NCBI GenBank assembly: GCA_028286585.1
Contig: JAQBRI010000011.1
Location: forward strand, 1,648-65,647
From: Candidatus Kaiserbacteria bacterium
GTDB lineage: Bacteria; Patescibacteriota; Minisyncoccia; Phycocordibacterales; UBA2100
Length of the DNA stretch: 64,000 nucleotides
Direction of reading: 5' to 3'
Shown here in pieces: positions 9,844 to 20,124 of this stretch; positions within the stretch are counted from its first letter, which is position 1; every line of letters begins with the position of its first letter. The position numbers and the translations under genes were made by a program. The notes under the pieces were generated by a model. The model had not been told where the DNA came from. It made no database searches and saw nothing but the letters and a program-made list of their open reading frames with translations.

Positions 9844-11244
9844 ATGAACACTACAAATTCAAACAAGGCTCGATGGCTGGCCCTCTTGGTACTCTGCTTG
9901 GGCACACTCATGATCGTACTCGACACGACGATTGTAAACGTGGCATTGCCATCTATCAAGGCAAGCCTTGGTTTTTCTGACACATCGCTTGCGTGGGTAG
10001 TGAACGCATACGCGCTTACGTTTGCCGGCTTTTTGCTTCTTGGGGGCAGGCTCGGGGACTTGTATGGTCAGCGACGATTTTTTCTCATTGGTATTATCGT
10101 TTTTACACTCTCATCGATTGTGTGCGGGCTTGCAGGTTCTCAATTTATACTCATAGCGGCTCGTGCAGCTCAGGGCATTGGAGGTGCAATAGCTTCGGCA
10201 ATTGCATTGTCGCTCGTTATGAACATGTTTCCAGAGCCGGGTGAACGCGCGAAGGCGATGGGTATTTTTGGTTTTGTCGCAGCAGGCGGAGGATCGGTGG
10301 GTGCAGTATTAGGAGGCATACTTACCGGGACACTTAACTGGCATTGGATATTTTTGGTGAATGTTCCAATAGGAATTCTTGTGTGTATTCTTTCTTTATA
10401 TCTTCTTTCGGGAGAACAGGCAGATTCAAAAAACGTACACCTGGATTTGGTGGGAGCATTTACTGTAACAGCATCTCTCATGCTCGCGGTATACGGAATC
10501 GTAAACGGGAATGCACTTGGATGGACTTCTGTGCAGACTCTCGGCACATTACTTGGTGCTGTGATACTCATGATTCTTTTTCTGTACATAGAAAGTAAGG
10601 TGCGTGCACCCTTAATGCCATTGTCTCTGTTTAAACTACGAAGTGTCGTTGTTGCAAATACCGCCGGGGTACTCTGGTCTGCTGCAATGTTCTCGTGGTT
10701 TTTTCTTTCTGCGCTCTATATGCAACTCGTTTTGAATTATGATCCACTACAAGTTGGACTGGCGTTTGTACCGGCTAATCTTATTATGGCCGTATTTTCT
10801 ATTTGGCTTTCTGCCAAAGTAATTACACGATTTGGAATCAAAAAATCTCTAACTACGGGACTTGCACTATGCGCAGCAGGGTTACTGGTGTTTGCACACG
10901 CGTCAGAACACGGAACTTTTTTGACCGATATATTGTTACCAATGATATTGATGGGTTTTGGGGCAGGAATTTCATTTAATCCTATGCTTCTTGCAGCAAT
11001 GAATGATGTGCCCGAAGACGAGTCAGGACTAGCGTCAGGCGTCGTCAATACATCATTTATGATGGGCGGGGCACTTGGACTCGCGATTCTTGCAAGTATT
11101 GCATCGTCGCAGACTGCACATTTGCTGGCTGCAGGATCGAGCCAAGCGGCTGCTCTAACAGGAGGATATGATGTAGCTTTTTTGACAGGCGGACTATTTG
11201 CAGCATGCGGAGCACTGCTTGTTGGACTCGGATTGCGAATATAA
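9844..11244 (+). CDS. MFS transporter, DHA2 (EmrB/QacA) family
   Basis: 14-TM layout. MFS motif GRLGDLYGQRR and a drug:H+ antiporter-type N-terminus. Confidence 0.85.
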   Translation: MNTTNSNKARWLALLVLCLGTLMIVLDTTIVNVALPSIKASLGFSDTSLAWVVNAYALTFAGFLLLGGRLGDLYGQRRFFLIGIIVFTLSSIVCGLAGSQFILIAARAAQGIGGAIASAIALSLVMNMFPEPGERAKAMGIFGFVAAGGGSVGAVLGGILTGTLNWHWIFLVNVPIGILVCILSLYLLSGEQADSKNVHLDLVGAFTVTASLMLAVYGIVNGNALGWTSVQTLGTLLGAVILMILFLYIESKVRAPLMPLSLFKLRSVVVANTAGVLWSAAMFSWFFLSALYMQLVLNYDPLQVGLAFVPANLIMAVFSIWLSAKVITRFGIKKSLTTGLALCAAGLLVFAHASEHGTFLTDILLPMILMGFGAGISFNPMLLAAMNDVPEDESGLASGVVNTSFMMGGALGLAILASIASSQTAHLLAAGSSQAAALTGGYDVAFLTGGLFAACGALLVGLGLRI

Positions 11245-11250
11245 CAACAT

Positions 11251-11268
11251 TTGACAGCTGGCTGTCAA
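11251..11268. promoter_or_regulatory. perfect 18-bp palindrome ttgacagctggctgtcaa
   Basis: Lies 7 nt after the MFS stop codon. No downstream T-run, so it is more like an operator or protein-binding site than a terminator. Confidence 0.3.
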
Positions 11269-11398
11269 TACGACATAGCTCTATGTAATGTAAGAAACTA
11301 TTGTTGGAGGCGTATTAATATATATACGTTGCCCGTTTTTAGCATAAGTTCGCATGTGGCGATGTATAGCGCTTATTAGTCTAATACATCAAAATAGT

Positions 11399-12067
11399 AT
11401 GAAAGATGCAAAGAAAATAAACACAATGAGTTCTATGGGACTCTTCATATTGTTCGCAGTCATGCTCGCGTTTGCTTCGACGTTCATGATGCAAACAGTA
11501 AATGCTGATACTACCACGACAGTTTCAAATCCCAATGGACTTGGAATGTATTATGTAAATGTTGTGCCTGATTCGTACTTCAAAACTCCCGGTCAGTACG
11601 TCACATTTAGTGGATCGCATTTCTATCCCGGCGAGCTGATCTCAATTCAGAGAAATGGTTCAGTCGTTGCGTCTCTCGCAGCAGATAGTAGCGGTGCCTT
11701 TAGCGATGTAACGATACTGCAGCCATATGCATGGGGCACATACGCATATACGTTTACTGGTGCCATAAGTGGAATTCCTTTTACGGTGAACGAGTCAGTC
11801 GGCGGGGCAACACCATGGGTTACGCTCAGTAATTACTATGCCGGCCCTGGTGCACAAATTGTAGTCATGGGACATAGTTTTGGAGCAAATGAACAAGTGA
11901 CTGTTTGGTTCGATGGTATCAACGAAGGAAGTAGTACTGCCGATACAAATGGAAACGCAAATCTCACGATAACGGTTCCAAGTAATGGTGTCGGGCAACA
12001 CACAATTGTTGCAAAAGGTTCTCTAACAAACATCTCAGCTACGCAGTCATTTAGTGAAGCATGGTAG
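11399..12067 (+). CDS. secreted protein with two Ig-like (IPT/TIG-like) repeats
   Basis: Signal peptide MKDAKKINTMSSMGLFILFAVMLAFASTFMMQTVNA. Two roughly 80-aa beta-rich repeats. The track ORF begins at 11354, but the ATG at 11399 gives a canonical signal peptide. Confidence 0.5.
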   Translation: MKDAKKINTMSSMGLFILFAVMLAFASTFMMQTVNADTTTTVSNPNGLGMYYVNVVPDSYFKTPGQYVTFSGSHFYPGELISIQRNGSVVASLAADSSGAFSDVTILQPYAWGTYAYTFTGAISGIPFTVNESVGGATPWVTLSNYYAGPGAQIVVMGHSFGANEQVTVWFDGINEGSSTADTNGNANLTITVPSNGVGQHTIVAKGSLTNISATQSFSEAW

Positions 12068-12094
12068 CAGAGCGGAAAGTAGTCGCGTGCAGCC

Positions 12095-12132
12095 AAAGAC
12101 ACCCGAGCCAAAACTCGGGTGTCTTTGTAAAG
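12095..12132 (+). terminator. rho-independent terminator
   Basis: Perfect 11-bp stem agacacccgag-ccaaaa-ctcgggtgtct followed by ttgtaaagactttt. Confidence 0.65.
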
Positions 12133-12188
12133 ACTTTTAGTAATAGTATACTGATCGCGACAAGTTACTGAAATTTTGCTCCCGTATT

Positions 12189-12212
12189 TTGTGTATATAT
12201 ATTTATACACAA
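12189..12212. promoter_or_regulatory. AT-rich palindrome ttgtgtata-tatatt-tatacacaa upstream of the peptidase gene
   Basis: Inverted repeat 30-55 bp upstream of the ATG at 12244. Candidate operator overlapping the promoter. Confidence 0.3.
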
Positions 12213-12243
12213 AGAAATACACTGATTCTTTGTAGAAACATTC

Positions 12244-13323
12244 ATGAGAAAAACAACACTTTTACCGCTTACGATTGCACTTGTAGCATTTTTTGGCATA
12301 ACAGGAAGCACTTTCGCAGAGGCCGCAAACCAAGGTCTTGGTTTTACCAGCTCCCGTAATTGGGCAGGGTATGCAATGAATTCTGCACCAAATTATACGA
12401 GCGTATCGGGAACCTGGACGATTCCTGCTGTTCCCGTATCCTCGCAAACATCGGGCGACGCAACATGGGTTGGAATAGGCGGCGTTTCCAATCAGGATCT
12501 TATTCAAGCGGGAACCGATGCAATTGTTGCAGATGGATCGCTCACATATGAAGCTTGGTACGAAATGATTCCAGATGCGCAGATATTTGTTCCGCTCCCA
12601 ATTGCCGCAGGCGACTCAGTCTCTGTAACCATAACTGAGCAAACTCCTGGCACGTGGGCTATTACCATAACAAATAATACGACGGGCAAGGTATTTCAAA
12701 AGTCTGTTGCATATAATTCATCACACGCCTCAGCAGAATGGATAGAGGAAATGCCTTCTGTAAACAATGGAGATATTCTACCTATCGATTCGTTTGGGAG
12801 CGTAACGTTTACAAATGCCACAGCTGTTAGCAACGGTTTAGTGCTGAACCTCAATACTGGAAATGCCCAGCCAATTACTCTTATTGATCGAAATTCTCAA
12901 ACATTGGCATCGCCATCTTCTTTTTTGTCGGACACCAGCTTTACAGTGACACGCAGCGATATTGCCGCTAACTACGACAGTATAAATGCACCACAGACGA
13001 TTCTTTGGACCGGCCGTGGTGGGTTCCGCCGCAGTGGACACGGTGACATTCATTACATCATTCAAGGCAATAGTGGCAGCCCTACACAAACCACCCCTCA
13101 ACAACAGACGAGCACCGTCACCACGGTGGCTAGTATTGATCCACGCATACAGGCGCTCTATCAACAAATTGCAATCCTCCAAGCATTGATTCAGCAATTA
13201 CAGCTCGCACAAATCCAAAAGCAGGCGACAATCCAGAATGCACAGCCGGTTCAAGTTACCGTTCCATTACGAATGTTTTTGCAAGGGGACGCGTCTAACA
13301 GAGAACTGTTCTTTACTTTTTAA
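12244..13323 (+). CDS. secreted G1-family (eqolisin / Peptidase_A4) glutamic peptidase with Gln-rich C-terminal tail
   Basis: Signal peptide. Motifs align to scytalidoglutamic peptidase: SSRNWAGY (SNWGGA), ATWVGIGGVSNQDLIQAG (TAWVGIDG ... ILQTG, catalytic Gln), EAWYEMIPD (DAWYEWYPE), and AEWIEEMP (AEFIIEDF, catalytic Glu). C-terminal QALYQQIAILQALIQQLQLAQIQKQ coiled-coil-like tail. Confidence 0.7.
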   Translation: MRKTTLLPLTIALVAFFGITGSTFAEAANQGLGFTSSRNWAGYAMNSAPNYTSVSGTWTIPAVPVSSQTSGDATWVGIGGVSNQDLIQAGTDAIVADGSLTYEAWYEMIPDAQIFVPLPIAAGDSVSVTITEQTPGTWAITITNNTTGKVFQKSVAYNSSHASAEWIEEMPSVNNGDILPIDSFGSVTFTNATAVSNGLVLNLNTGNAQPITLIDRNSQTLASPSSFLSDTSFTVTRSDIAANYDSINAPQTILWTGRGGFRRSGHGDIHYIIQGNSGSPTQTTPQQQTSTVTTVASIDPRIQALYQQIAILQALIQQLQLAQIQKQATIQNAQPVQVTVPLRMFLQGDASNRELFFTF

Positions 13324-13368
13324 TCAATTTGCTATACTCGAGCAGATTCGAATTTTAAATACGTATAT

Positions 13369-15294
13369 ATGAAAATCCTGTATACGTATGCAAGAGCCCT
13401 CATTGTACCGGTTGGACTAGTAATTATATTTGTAATTCAAAACCTGATATTCAATAATTGGGTCCATCTTGATCCAAATCCAGAAAATGCAATTTTTGTC
13501 TTTGATTGCGCAATCTTTGGCGTTTTGCTTTATATGCCAGGAATCCTCTGTAGGGGAATATGGCGCTTTATCTATTATCTTTGCGTCTCAGTTATCTTAT
13601 CTGCAATATTTATTTCCCAATACCTTTATTTTTCATTTTATGGAGGTTTTTTACAAGCTTCGGCATTGCGATATGCCAATCAGCTGGGCGATGAGACAAG
13701 CACACTGATTAAATTGGTACATCCCAGTATTGTCGTCTTTCTGCTTGGAGTCCTTGGTGTTGCAATCGCATATTGGATCACACGCTCGAATCATCTGCAT
13801 GTTCCCGAACTCGGGCGGAGACAAAAACTAAACGTAGCTGTAGTCTTACTATGCACCATGATTGGTTGGTACGGTTTTTTTGTACCGAGTGATGTACAGG
13901 GACTTCGTAAATTTACCGATCCACAGCTTGTACTGCATGATCTGAATAGTTTTTCATACTCGCCAAACCAAACCGTACGTGAAATTGGAATATCCAGTTT
14001 TTATCTCGAAGATCTTATCGGTACGTTTATGAGAAAAACGGTTATTTCAAGTGTCGAAAAGGATTTTGTAAAAAATTGGTTCAATGTTAAGCCGCCAATA
14101 ACCAAGGAAGCAAATTTTGGCCTTTTGAAAGGAGATAATTTTATTATTATTCAAGTGGAATCCCTCGAAGCATCGGTAATAGGGCAGACAATAGGTGGTG
14201 AGGAAATTACACCCAATTTGAACAAACTTGCTCATGATGGCCTCTACTTCAAAAACTACTATACGCAGGTTGGTCCAGGGAACACAGCGGACGCAGAGTT
14301 TGTTACTCTCAATTCCTTATATCCACTTACCAATACTGTGGCATTTATTGACTATGCCAATAACTCTTATGCTGCGCTGCCAAACTTGTTGGTTCAAAAT
14401 GGCTACAGCACGTTTGCACTCCATGGAGATATCGCGAACTTTTGGAATCGCACAAACATTTACCCCGGCTTGGGCTATCAAACGTCCATCAATAAAGCAG
14501 ACTTTACGGTTAAGGAAACTGACTTTGAATCCCTAAGCGATGATGATTTTCTGCAACAAAGTGCCGTAAAGATGCAAACTTTTACTCAGCCGTTTATGGC
14601 GACGGTTATTACCTTGAGCTCGCATACTCCATTTCAAATTCCTCAACGTTTTCAAACTCTCAACATTCCAGACGATGCCAATCTTACTGATACGCAAAAG
14701 GATTATTTACAAAGCGTCCACTACGCCGACTCTGCACTGGGAATGTTTATTCAGTCTCTTAAATCCGAAGGATTATATGATAATTCGCTCATTGCGATTT
14801 ATGGGGATCATGGCGGCTCAACTGGCATTAGTGAAGTAGTGGGCACATCCACGTATCACACCGTTACTCCGCTTCTTAATAGTCATGTTCCATTGATACT
14901 TCTCTCGCCCAAACTTAATACACTCAAACACGGCACAATCGATACACCTGGAAGCCACTTGGATTTGTACCCGACCGTTGCCAATTTACTTGGAATTCTG
15001 CCCCCAAATACAGTTCTCGGACAAGATCTGCTTAATACAAAAACACCAGTCATTACACACCGAGATCCATACTCAGAAATTATTCTCTCCATCATGACAC
15101 CTTCTTTGTTGTATGAAAGTAGTGCAAGCGGAATATTTGAAGAGGGAACATGCGAAACGTTGCCGCAAAACACAATGCTTCCAATTGCCGACTGTAGCGC
15201 TTTATATGAACAGCAGTCAACTACGATACGGGTATCCGATGATTTGGTTCGGGGTAATCTTCTCAATTTGGTTTTGAAAAATTCTTCTCAATAA
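13369..15294 (+). CDS. LTA synthase family protein (sulfatase-like phosphoglycerol transferase)
   Basis: N-terminal 5-TM domain plus an extracytoplasmic sulfatase/alkaline-phosphatase-like domain (DNFIIIQVESLE ... HTPF ... YGDHG). Confidence 0.8.
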   Translation: MKILYTYARALIVPVGLVIIFVIQNLIFNNWVHLDPNPENAIFVFDCAIFGVLLYMPGILCRGIWRFIYYLCVSVILSAIFISQYLYFSFYGGFLQASALRYANQLGDETSTLIKLVHPSIVVFLLGVLGVAIAYWITRSNHLHVPELGRRQKLNVAVVLLCTMIGWYGFFVPSDVQGLRKFTDPQLVLHDLNSFSYSPNQTVREIGISSFYLEDLIGTFMRKTVISSVEKDFVKNWFNVKPPITKEANFGLLKGDNFIIIQVESLEASVIGQTIGGEEITPNLNKLAHDGLYFKNYYTQVGPGNTADAEFVTLNSLYPLTNTVAFIDYANNSYAALPNLLVQNGYSTFALHGDIANFWNRTNIYPGLGYQTSINKADFTVKETDFESLSDDDFLQQSAVKMQTFTQPFMATVITLSSHTPFQIPQRFQTLNIPDDANLTDTQKDYLQSVHYADSALGMFIQSLKSEGLYDNSLIAIYGDHGGSTGISEVVGTSTYHTVTPLLNSHVPLILLSPKLNTLKHGTIDTPGSHLDLYPTVANLLGILPPNTVLGQDLLNTKTPVITHRDPYSEIILSIMTPSLLYESSASGIFEEGTCETLPQNTMLPIADCSALYEQQSTTIRVSDDLVRGNLLNLVLKNSSQ

Positions 15295-15330
15295 TGTTTT
15301 AACAATATACAGCTGTGCACAACTAGATTG

Positions 15331-15364
15331 ACGGAACGCTTATAATCATGTAAGATACTTACAT
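15331..15364 (+). promoter_or_regulatory. candidate sigma70 promoter and MarR operator palindrome
   Basis: TTGACG (15331-15336), 17 nt, TAAGAT. The perfect palindrome atgtaag-ata-cttacat (15348-15364) overlaps the -10. It lies 13 bp upstream of the MarR start. Confidence 0.4.
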
Positions 15365-15376
15365 ATCTAGCGTCTT

Positions 15377-15817
15377 ATGCATATGAAAGCCCGCAAAACA
15401 CAAATAGAGGGGTTGGTGGATAATTTCCAGTGTATTAAGCGTGCGATGGGATATTCACCTGGAAAAGATGGTACAGCGCCAAAGGTTACCGGTTCGCAGT
15501 GGACTGTGCTCGTTCTGCTTTCACGTAAGCCTGATTTATCTATAAAAGAAGTTGCGGCATTCATGAGTATATCTTCGAGTGCTGCGACACAACTTGTAGA
15601 ATCATTGGTTCAGGCAAAACACATTATTCGTGCGGAAGATACCACCGACCGCCGCGCAGTGAGCCTTAATCTTAGTCGGAATATGGCAGACAAAATTGTC
15701 CTTATGAAAAAGGATGCAGTTGAACGCCTCATGAAAGTGTATTCAGTATTAACAGATGAAGAATTGGACCGATACGTTGAACTTAATAACAAGATCGCAA
15801 AAAATTTATCACAATAA
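15377..15817 (+). CDS. MarR family transcriptional regulator
   Basis: wHTH region [43 protein letters not shown]. It is followed 9 nt later by an MFS pump gene (operon). Confidence 0.8.
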   Translation: MHMKARKTQIEGLVDNFQCIKRAMGYSPGKDGTAPKVTGSQWTVLVLLSRKPDLSIKEVAAFMSISSSAATQLVESLVQAKHIIRAEDTTDRRAVSLNLSRNMADKIVLMKKDAVERLMKVYSVLTDEELDRYVELNNKIAKNLSQ

Positions 15818-15825
15818 AAAACTAT

Positions 15826-17490
15826 ATGAACAATTTAAAAAGCAGTAGAATCGCAGTTCTTGGAGGCATTATGCTTGCAATGCTTCTCTCCGCACTCGAC
15901 CAAACCATCGTTTCAACAGCGATGCCCAAGATCGTAGGGGAGTTAAATGGCCTTTCGCACCTTACCTGGGTCTTTACGGCATATTTGCTCGCCTCGGCAA
16001 TTACAGTGCCAATTTACGGTAAATTATCGGATATTTTTGGACGTCGGGGATTTTATCTCCTTGGTATCGCAATATTTCTCGTTGGATCGATACTCTCAGG
16101 TCTTGCACCTAGTATGTTTTGGCTGATTGTATTTCGTGGTCTGCAGGGTATTGGAGGCGGGGCAATTATGGTCAACTCGCTTGCAATCATTGGCGATATT
16201 TTTCCTCCGGAGGAACGCGGCAAATTCCAAGGACTCATCGGAGGCGTATTTGGTATGGCATCAATTGCAGGACCGCTTCTTGGCGGTTTTATAACAGATA
16301 ATCTTTCATGGCGCTGGATTTTCTTCATTAATATTCCTCTTGGAATCTTGGCTATGGTTGTCTTGTCGATTGTCCTTCCAAAAATTGCTGTTGATACTCG
16401 AGATCGATCTATCGACTATATTGGCGCTACATTTCTTGCAACAACGTTAATACCATTTCTTTTGGCACTTGTTTGGGGAGGTAGTCAGTACGCCTGGGGC
16501 TCCGAAACAATAATCTTACTGCTCGCGGGATCAGTCGTATCTTTGTTTTTGTTTATCTGGGCAGAATGGCGCGCAAAAGAACCAATTCTTTCATTGGATT
16601 TATTCAAAAACAGGGTATTTCTTGTCTCCATCATTGCAACGTTTATTACCGGTATGGGAATGTTTGGTGCCATCATTTACATTCCTGTATTTGCGCAAGG
16701 AGTCATTGGCATCTCAGCAACAAGTTCTGGATTTATATTGACTCCGCTTATGATCGGCCTTATCACCGCATCTATTATTTCGGGACAGATTATATCTCGT
16801 ACCGGAAAATACAAAATTCTTGCAGTGACAGGCATGATCATAACGACCATTGGTATGTATTGGTTCTCACTCATTCGTCTTGATACTAGTAACTTTATGC
16901 TTGGTGTTCGCATGGTAGTACTTGGTTTTGGACTTGGAACGACAATGCCTATCTTTACACTGGTTGTACAGAGCGCATTTGGCCGGGAAAAAATTGGAGA
17001 AGTAACCGCAGGTATACAGCTCTTTCGATCGATTGGAGGAACCGTGGGTACGGCAATCTTTGGTGGCGTTATGAACTCACAATTGGCAAGCCGACTTGCG
17101 AGCATTGGTAGTGATCCTTTTGTGCAGACCATGAAGCAGCTTGATCCAAACACCGCCATTGCCCATATCGACAGTAATACAGTGCAGGCGATACTCAATC
17201 CAGCTACACAATCGTCTATAACATCACTCTTCTTAAAGGCACCAGCACCGATGCAGGCACAACTCAGCCAAAGTTTCGAGAACTTTGTTGGGATTGTAAA
17301 AATAGCCTTTACCCAATCTGTCGACCAGGTGTATATCGTGAGTACGCTTCTGATGGCAACAGCGCTCATCGTAGTATGCTTCTTGCCACAAATTTCACTT
17401 AAACGAAGTGAGCGTTCTACGCTTGAAGAAATTGGCGTTGAGCTTGAGGATGAACTTGGTCATGATCGCGTAAATACTTTCGCTCACTAG
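15826..17490 (+). CDS. MFS transporter, DHA2 family efflux pump
   Basis: 14-TM layout. [11 protein letters not shown] motif. Confidence 0.85.
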   Translation: MNNLKSSRIAVLGGIMLAMLLSALDQTIVSTAMPKIVGELNGLSHLTWVFTAYLLASAITVPIYGKLSDIFGRRGFYLLGIAIFLVGSILSGLAPSMFWLIVFRGLQGIGGGAIMVNSLAIIGDIFPPEERGKFQGLIGGVFGMASIAGPLLGGFITDNLSWRWIFFINIPLGILAMVVLSIVLPKIAVDTRDRSIDYIGATFLATTLIPFLLALVWGGSQYAWGSETIILLLAGSVVSLFLFIWAEWRAKEPILSLDLFKNRVFLVSIIATFITGMGMFGAIIYIPVFAQGVIGISATSSGFILTPLMIGLITASIISGQIISRTGKYKILAVTGMIITTIGMYWFSLIRLDTSNFMLGVRMVVLGFGLGTTMPIFTLVVQSAFGREKIGEVTAGIQLFRSIGGTVGTAIFGGVMNSQLASRLASIGSDPFVQTMKQLDPNTAIAHIDSNTVQAILNPATQSSITSLFLKAPAPMQAQLSQSFENFVGIVKIAFTQSVDQVYIVSTLLMATALIVVCFLPQISLKRSERSTLEEIGVELEDELGHDRVNTFAH

Positions 17491-17551
17491 AATCGTAAAG
17501 TGCTCATATAGGTTGCTTTGACAGACACTCTATTTGAGTCATACTTGGGGT

Positions 17552-17959
17552 ATGAACAAAACATACATAACCATTGCAGCGGGCGTCATTGTTATTATTG
17601 CTGGTAGTCTCTGGTACTTTAGTACTCCTAATACAGCAGGTGTTACGCAGACGGAGATTACGCAAGCAACCACGAGTCCAACATACAGCAGTTATCAGTA
17701 TGAGTGTGACGAACATGTGATGTTTACAATGATGCCTATGCCGGATGCTTCTTCTATTATGGTGGCGCCTGTGGGCGGAGCGTACCCCGCAACGAGTACA
17801 CTAGTCCAAGTTGCTACAACTTCAGGCGTCCTATACAAAGGCAACGGTATTGTTTTTGCAGCGCACGGTGAGACTGTTACGCTCGGGGAAGGGGATTCAG
17901 CAATAACCTGTTCTCCTGTGCCAGATCAAAACAATGCCCCATTTAATTTTGGTGACTAA
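17552..17959 (+). CDS. membrane-anchored small protein, possibly MliC-like (lysozyme inhibitor fold)
   Basis: Signal anchor, two Cys (YECDEH ... AITCSP) and a YKGNGIVFAAHGETVTL segment reminiscent of MliC. Tentative. The track ORF starts at a TTG at 17534. Confidence 0.35.
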   Translation: MNKTYITIAAGVIVIIAGSLWYFSTPNTAGVTQTEITQATTSPTYSSYQYECDEHVMFTMMPMPDASSIMVAPVGGAYPATSTLVQVATTSGVLYKGNGIVFAAHGETVTLGEGDSAITCSPVPDQNNAPFNFGD

Positions 17960-17985
17960 TTTTTAATAACTAAAAATATACATAT

Positions 17986-18318
17986 ATGACGGAATACGTT
18001 GTTGAGCGAAGAAGTTATTACCCAGGATTTATCGTAACGCGAATTATCGACGGAATTGTTGTTGCTATTGAATTATTGCTGGCAGTCCGATTGGTATTCG
18101 AGTTTCTTGGAGCCAGCCAGTCGTCTCCCTTTGTCGCTTGGCTGTATGGCATAACCTACGGACTGGTGCGTCCTTTTGCTGGAGCTTTTCCACAACTCTA
18201 TATTTCTGGCTCACCAATTGATCTTGCAGTTGTGCTCGCAATGATTGGTTACGCGGTTATAGGCTGGATTATCTTACGTCTCTTGCAGTTACTATTTGCT
18301 GCAATGGCGACTATATAA
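17986..18318 (+). CDS. YggT family membrane protein
   Basis: 110-aa protein with two TM helices and a YggT-like pattern (IIDGIVVAIELLLAVRLVFEFL ... WLYGITYGLVRP). Confidence 0.5.
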   Translation: MTEYVVERRSYYPGFIVTRIIDGIVVAIELLLAVRLVFEFLGASQSSPFVAWLYGITYGLVRPFAGAFPQLYISGSPIDLAVVLAMIGYAVIGWIILRLLQLLFAAMATI

Positions 18319-18347
18319 AAACTGGTCTGTTATTCAATATACAAAAA

Positions 18348-18375
18348 ATACCCGGGCTAATCCCGGGTATTTTTT
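18348..18375. terminator. bidirectional rho-independent terminator
   Basis: aaaaaatacccggg-ctaat-cccgggtatttttt. A-run and T-run flank a 9-bp stem. It lies between convergent genes. Confidence 0.75.
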
Positions 18376-18390
18376 GTATGTTTTGTATTT

Positions 18391-19938
18391 TTATACTCCG
18401 CTATTGAGAGAAGCTCTGGTAAGTGGTCCAACAGAACCAACGGCGGATATTCCGTGCGCAGTCTGATAATTCATTACTGCAGATTCTGTAAGAGGACCGA
18501 AGTATCCGGTAATTGGTCCGCTATACATGTTAAGTGTAGTAAGTCGTTGCTGTAATTGTGTGACGTCAGAGCTGGTATCACCGACAGTGAGATTTGTGCT
18601 GAAGGTAAATTGTGCAGCCATCGCTGCAGCCAATTGTGCCTGAAGCTGCGCAAGTTTCGCAAGCAGATCACTTAGTGTTGGTGCAATGTTCGAGCCAACG
18701 ACTATGCTCGTCTGTGTGCTTGCAGAGTGTCCCAATGAATCGGTGGCCGAAATGGTGATGGTGTGCGTACCAACATCATTTGAGCCCGGAGTCCAGCTCA
18801 GCAAACCTACCGAGTTTATGTTGGCATTTGTAAGACTGTTACCTGTCAGTGCATCGCTAACAGTGTATGTAGGATTTGTAAATCCATTTGCTGTAGTCTG
18901 CAATGATACAGGACTGCCGACAACAATCGTACCGCCTGGAGGAGATACAGCACCTACCGAAAGAGATGTTCCGGTATTTGATGTTTGGCCAACGGTAACG
19001 TTCACCTGCGTATTTGCAGAGTGACCACTTGTATCAGTTGCGTAGACTGTGAGCAAGTGTGTTCCAACCTGCGTGGAATCAGGTGTCCAAGTAAAATATC
19101 CTGACGAATTTATGTTGGAGCTATTTACAGAACTTGGAGCTGAGCCATTAAACGAATCACTTACGGTATACGTAGGATTTGTGAATCCCGCTGGGGCTGC
19201 ATTAAATGTAAATGATGAATACGGCGCTACAATCATCGAACTAGGGGTTACTGACGAGAGAGAAAGATTCGCGGACATAACAGGAATTGAGACACTCACC
19301 GTACCTGTTTTCCCAGTTGAATCATTTACAACAAGAGTAAGATTGTGAGTACCTACATCAGCAGTAGATGGAGTCCATGAGAAGTTTCCACTCGACGTTA
19401 TATTGTTATTGGTAATACTTGTGCCCAGTGCGCTGTCACTAATACTGAACAGTGGATTACTAAAACCTTGCGCATTGATGCTAAAAGTTACCGGATTGCC
19501 CACTGTTGCACCTGTCGCAGGAGATATATTTTGAAGTGTTACATTTGAACTTCCGACCGTAAGCACTTGTGATGCCGATGCTGTATTGCCATAACTATCA
19601 TTTGCAGTAATGGTAATCGTGTGAGCTCCTACATCATTTGCAGACGGCGTCCAACTAAAGGCGCCAGATGAATTGATATTTGAACTATTGATCGATGATC
19701 CACTAAAAGAGTCTGTCACTGAGTATGACGGGTTAGTAAATCCAGAGCCGAGCGCACCAAACGTAACAGTCTGTCCTTGATTAATTTGACTGCTTGGTGA
19801 CACCGGCTGGATGGTCACAGAACCACTTGCATACGTATACGTAAGCGGTGCTACTACAATCCCAATTCCAATTGCTGCGCCTGCAATTCTCCGCATTAGT
19901 TCACTATTTTTCAATTGCGCATATGTGCTTGTTTTCAT
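18391..19938 (-). CDS. surface protein: five tandem Ig-like repeats plus C-terminal peptidoglycan-binding domain
   Basis: Signal anchor. Five ~80-aa repeats of pattern Y.VSDS..G......NINSSG.FSWTP...DVGTH..T. The C-terminus matches PG_binding_1 (LTVGDTSSDVTQLQQRL ... GYFGPLTESAVMNYQTAHGI). Confidence 0.7.
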   Translation of the reverse strand: MKTSTYAQLKNSELMRRIAGAAIGIGIVVAPLTYTYASGSVTIQPVSPSSQINQGQTVTFGALGSGFTNPSYSVTDSFSGSSINSSNINSSGAFSWTPSANDVGAHTITITANDSYGNTASASQVLTVGSSNVTLQNISPATGATVGNPVTFSINAQGFSNPLFSISDSALGTSITNNNITSSGNFSWTPSTADVGTHNLTLVVNDSTGKTGTVSVSIPVMSANLSLSSVTPSSMIVAPYSSFTFNAAPAGFTNPTYTVSDSFNGSAPSSVNSSNINSSGYFTWTPDSTQVGTHLLTVYATDTSGHSANTQVNVTVGQTSNTGTSLSVGAVSPPGGTIVVGSPVSLQTTANGFTNPTYTVSDALTGNSLTNANINSVGLLSWTPGSNDVGTHTITISATDSLGHSASTQTSIVVGSNIAPTLSDLLAKLAQLQAQLAAAMAAQFTFSTNLTVGDTSSDVTQLQQRLTTLNMYSGPITGYFGPLTESAVMNYQTAHGISAVGSVGPLTRASLNSGV

Positions 19939-20066
19939 ATATTTTTTATATATGACCCCAACTTGATCTTAATAATGACAGTTTTGGGTAATTATAATGA
20001 AATAATTCTCCAGCTGTATATTTTTAGTACAATTCACTTCGAGGTGTTTATTACATACCATCTAAC

Positions 20067-20098
20067 AAAAGACCCGCGGCATATACAGCGGGTCTTTT
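20067..20098. terminator. rho-independent terminator (serves the minus-strand gene ending at 20125)
   Basis: aaaagacccgc-ggcatataca-gcgggtctttt. Confidence 0.6.
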
Positions 20099-20124
20099 GT
20101 AATAGCAACTCGAGTAAGTCCGCA

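Noticed and set aside
16677-17369. 230-aa antisense ORF inside the MFS transporter gene, and similar shadows at 10170-10589, 18686-19348, 20516-20965, 32766-33260, 40594-41040, 41666-42331, 47312-47732 and 59184-59657
   Set aside because: All lie opposite or out-of-frame within genes that have clear family motifs. Their compositions (Arg/Trp/Cys or Val/Pro runs) are the complement signature of the real coding frame.
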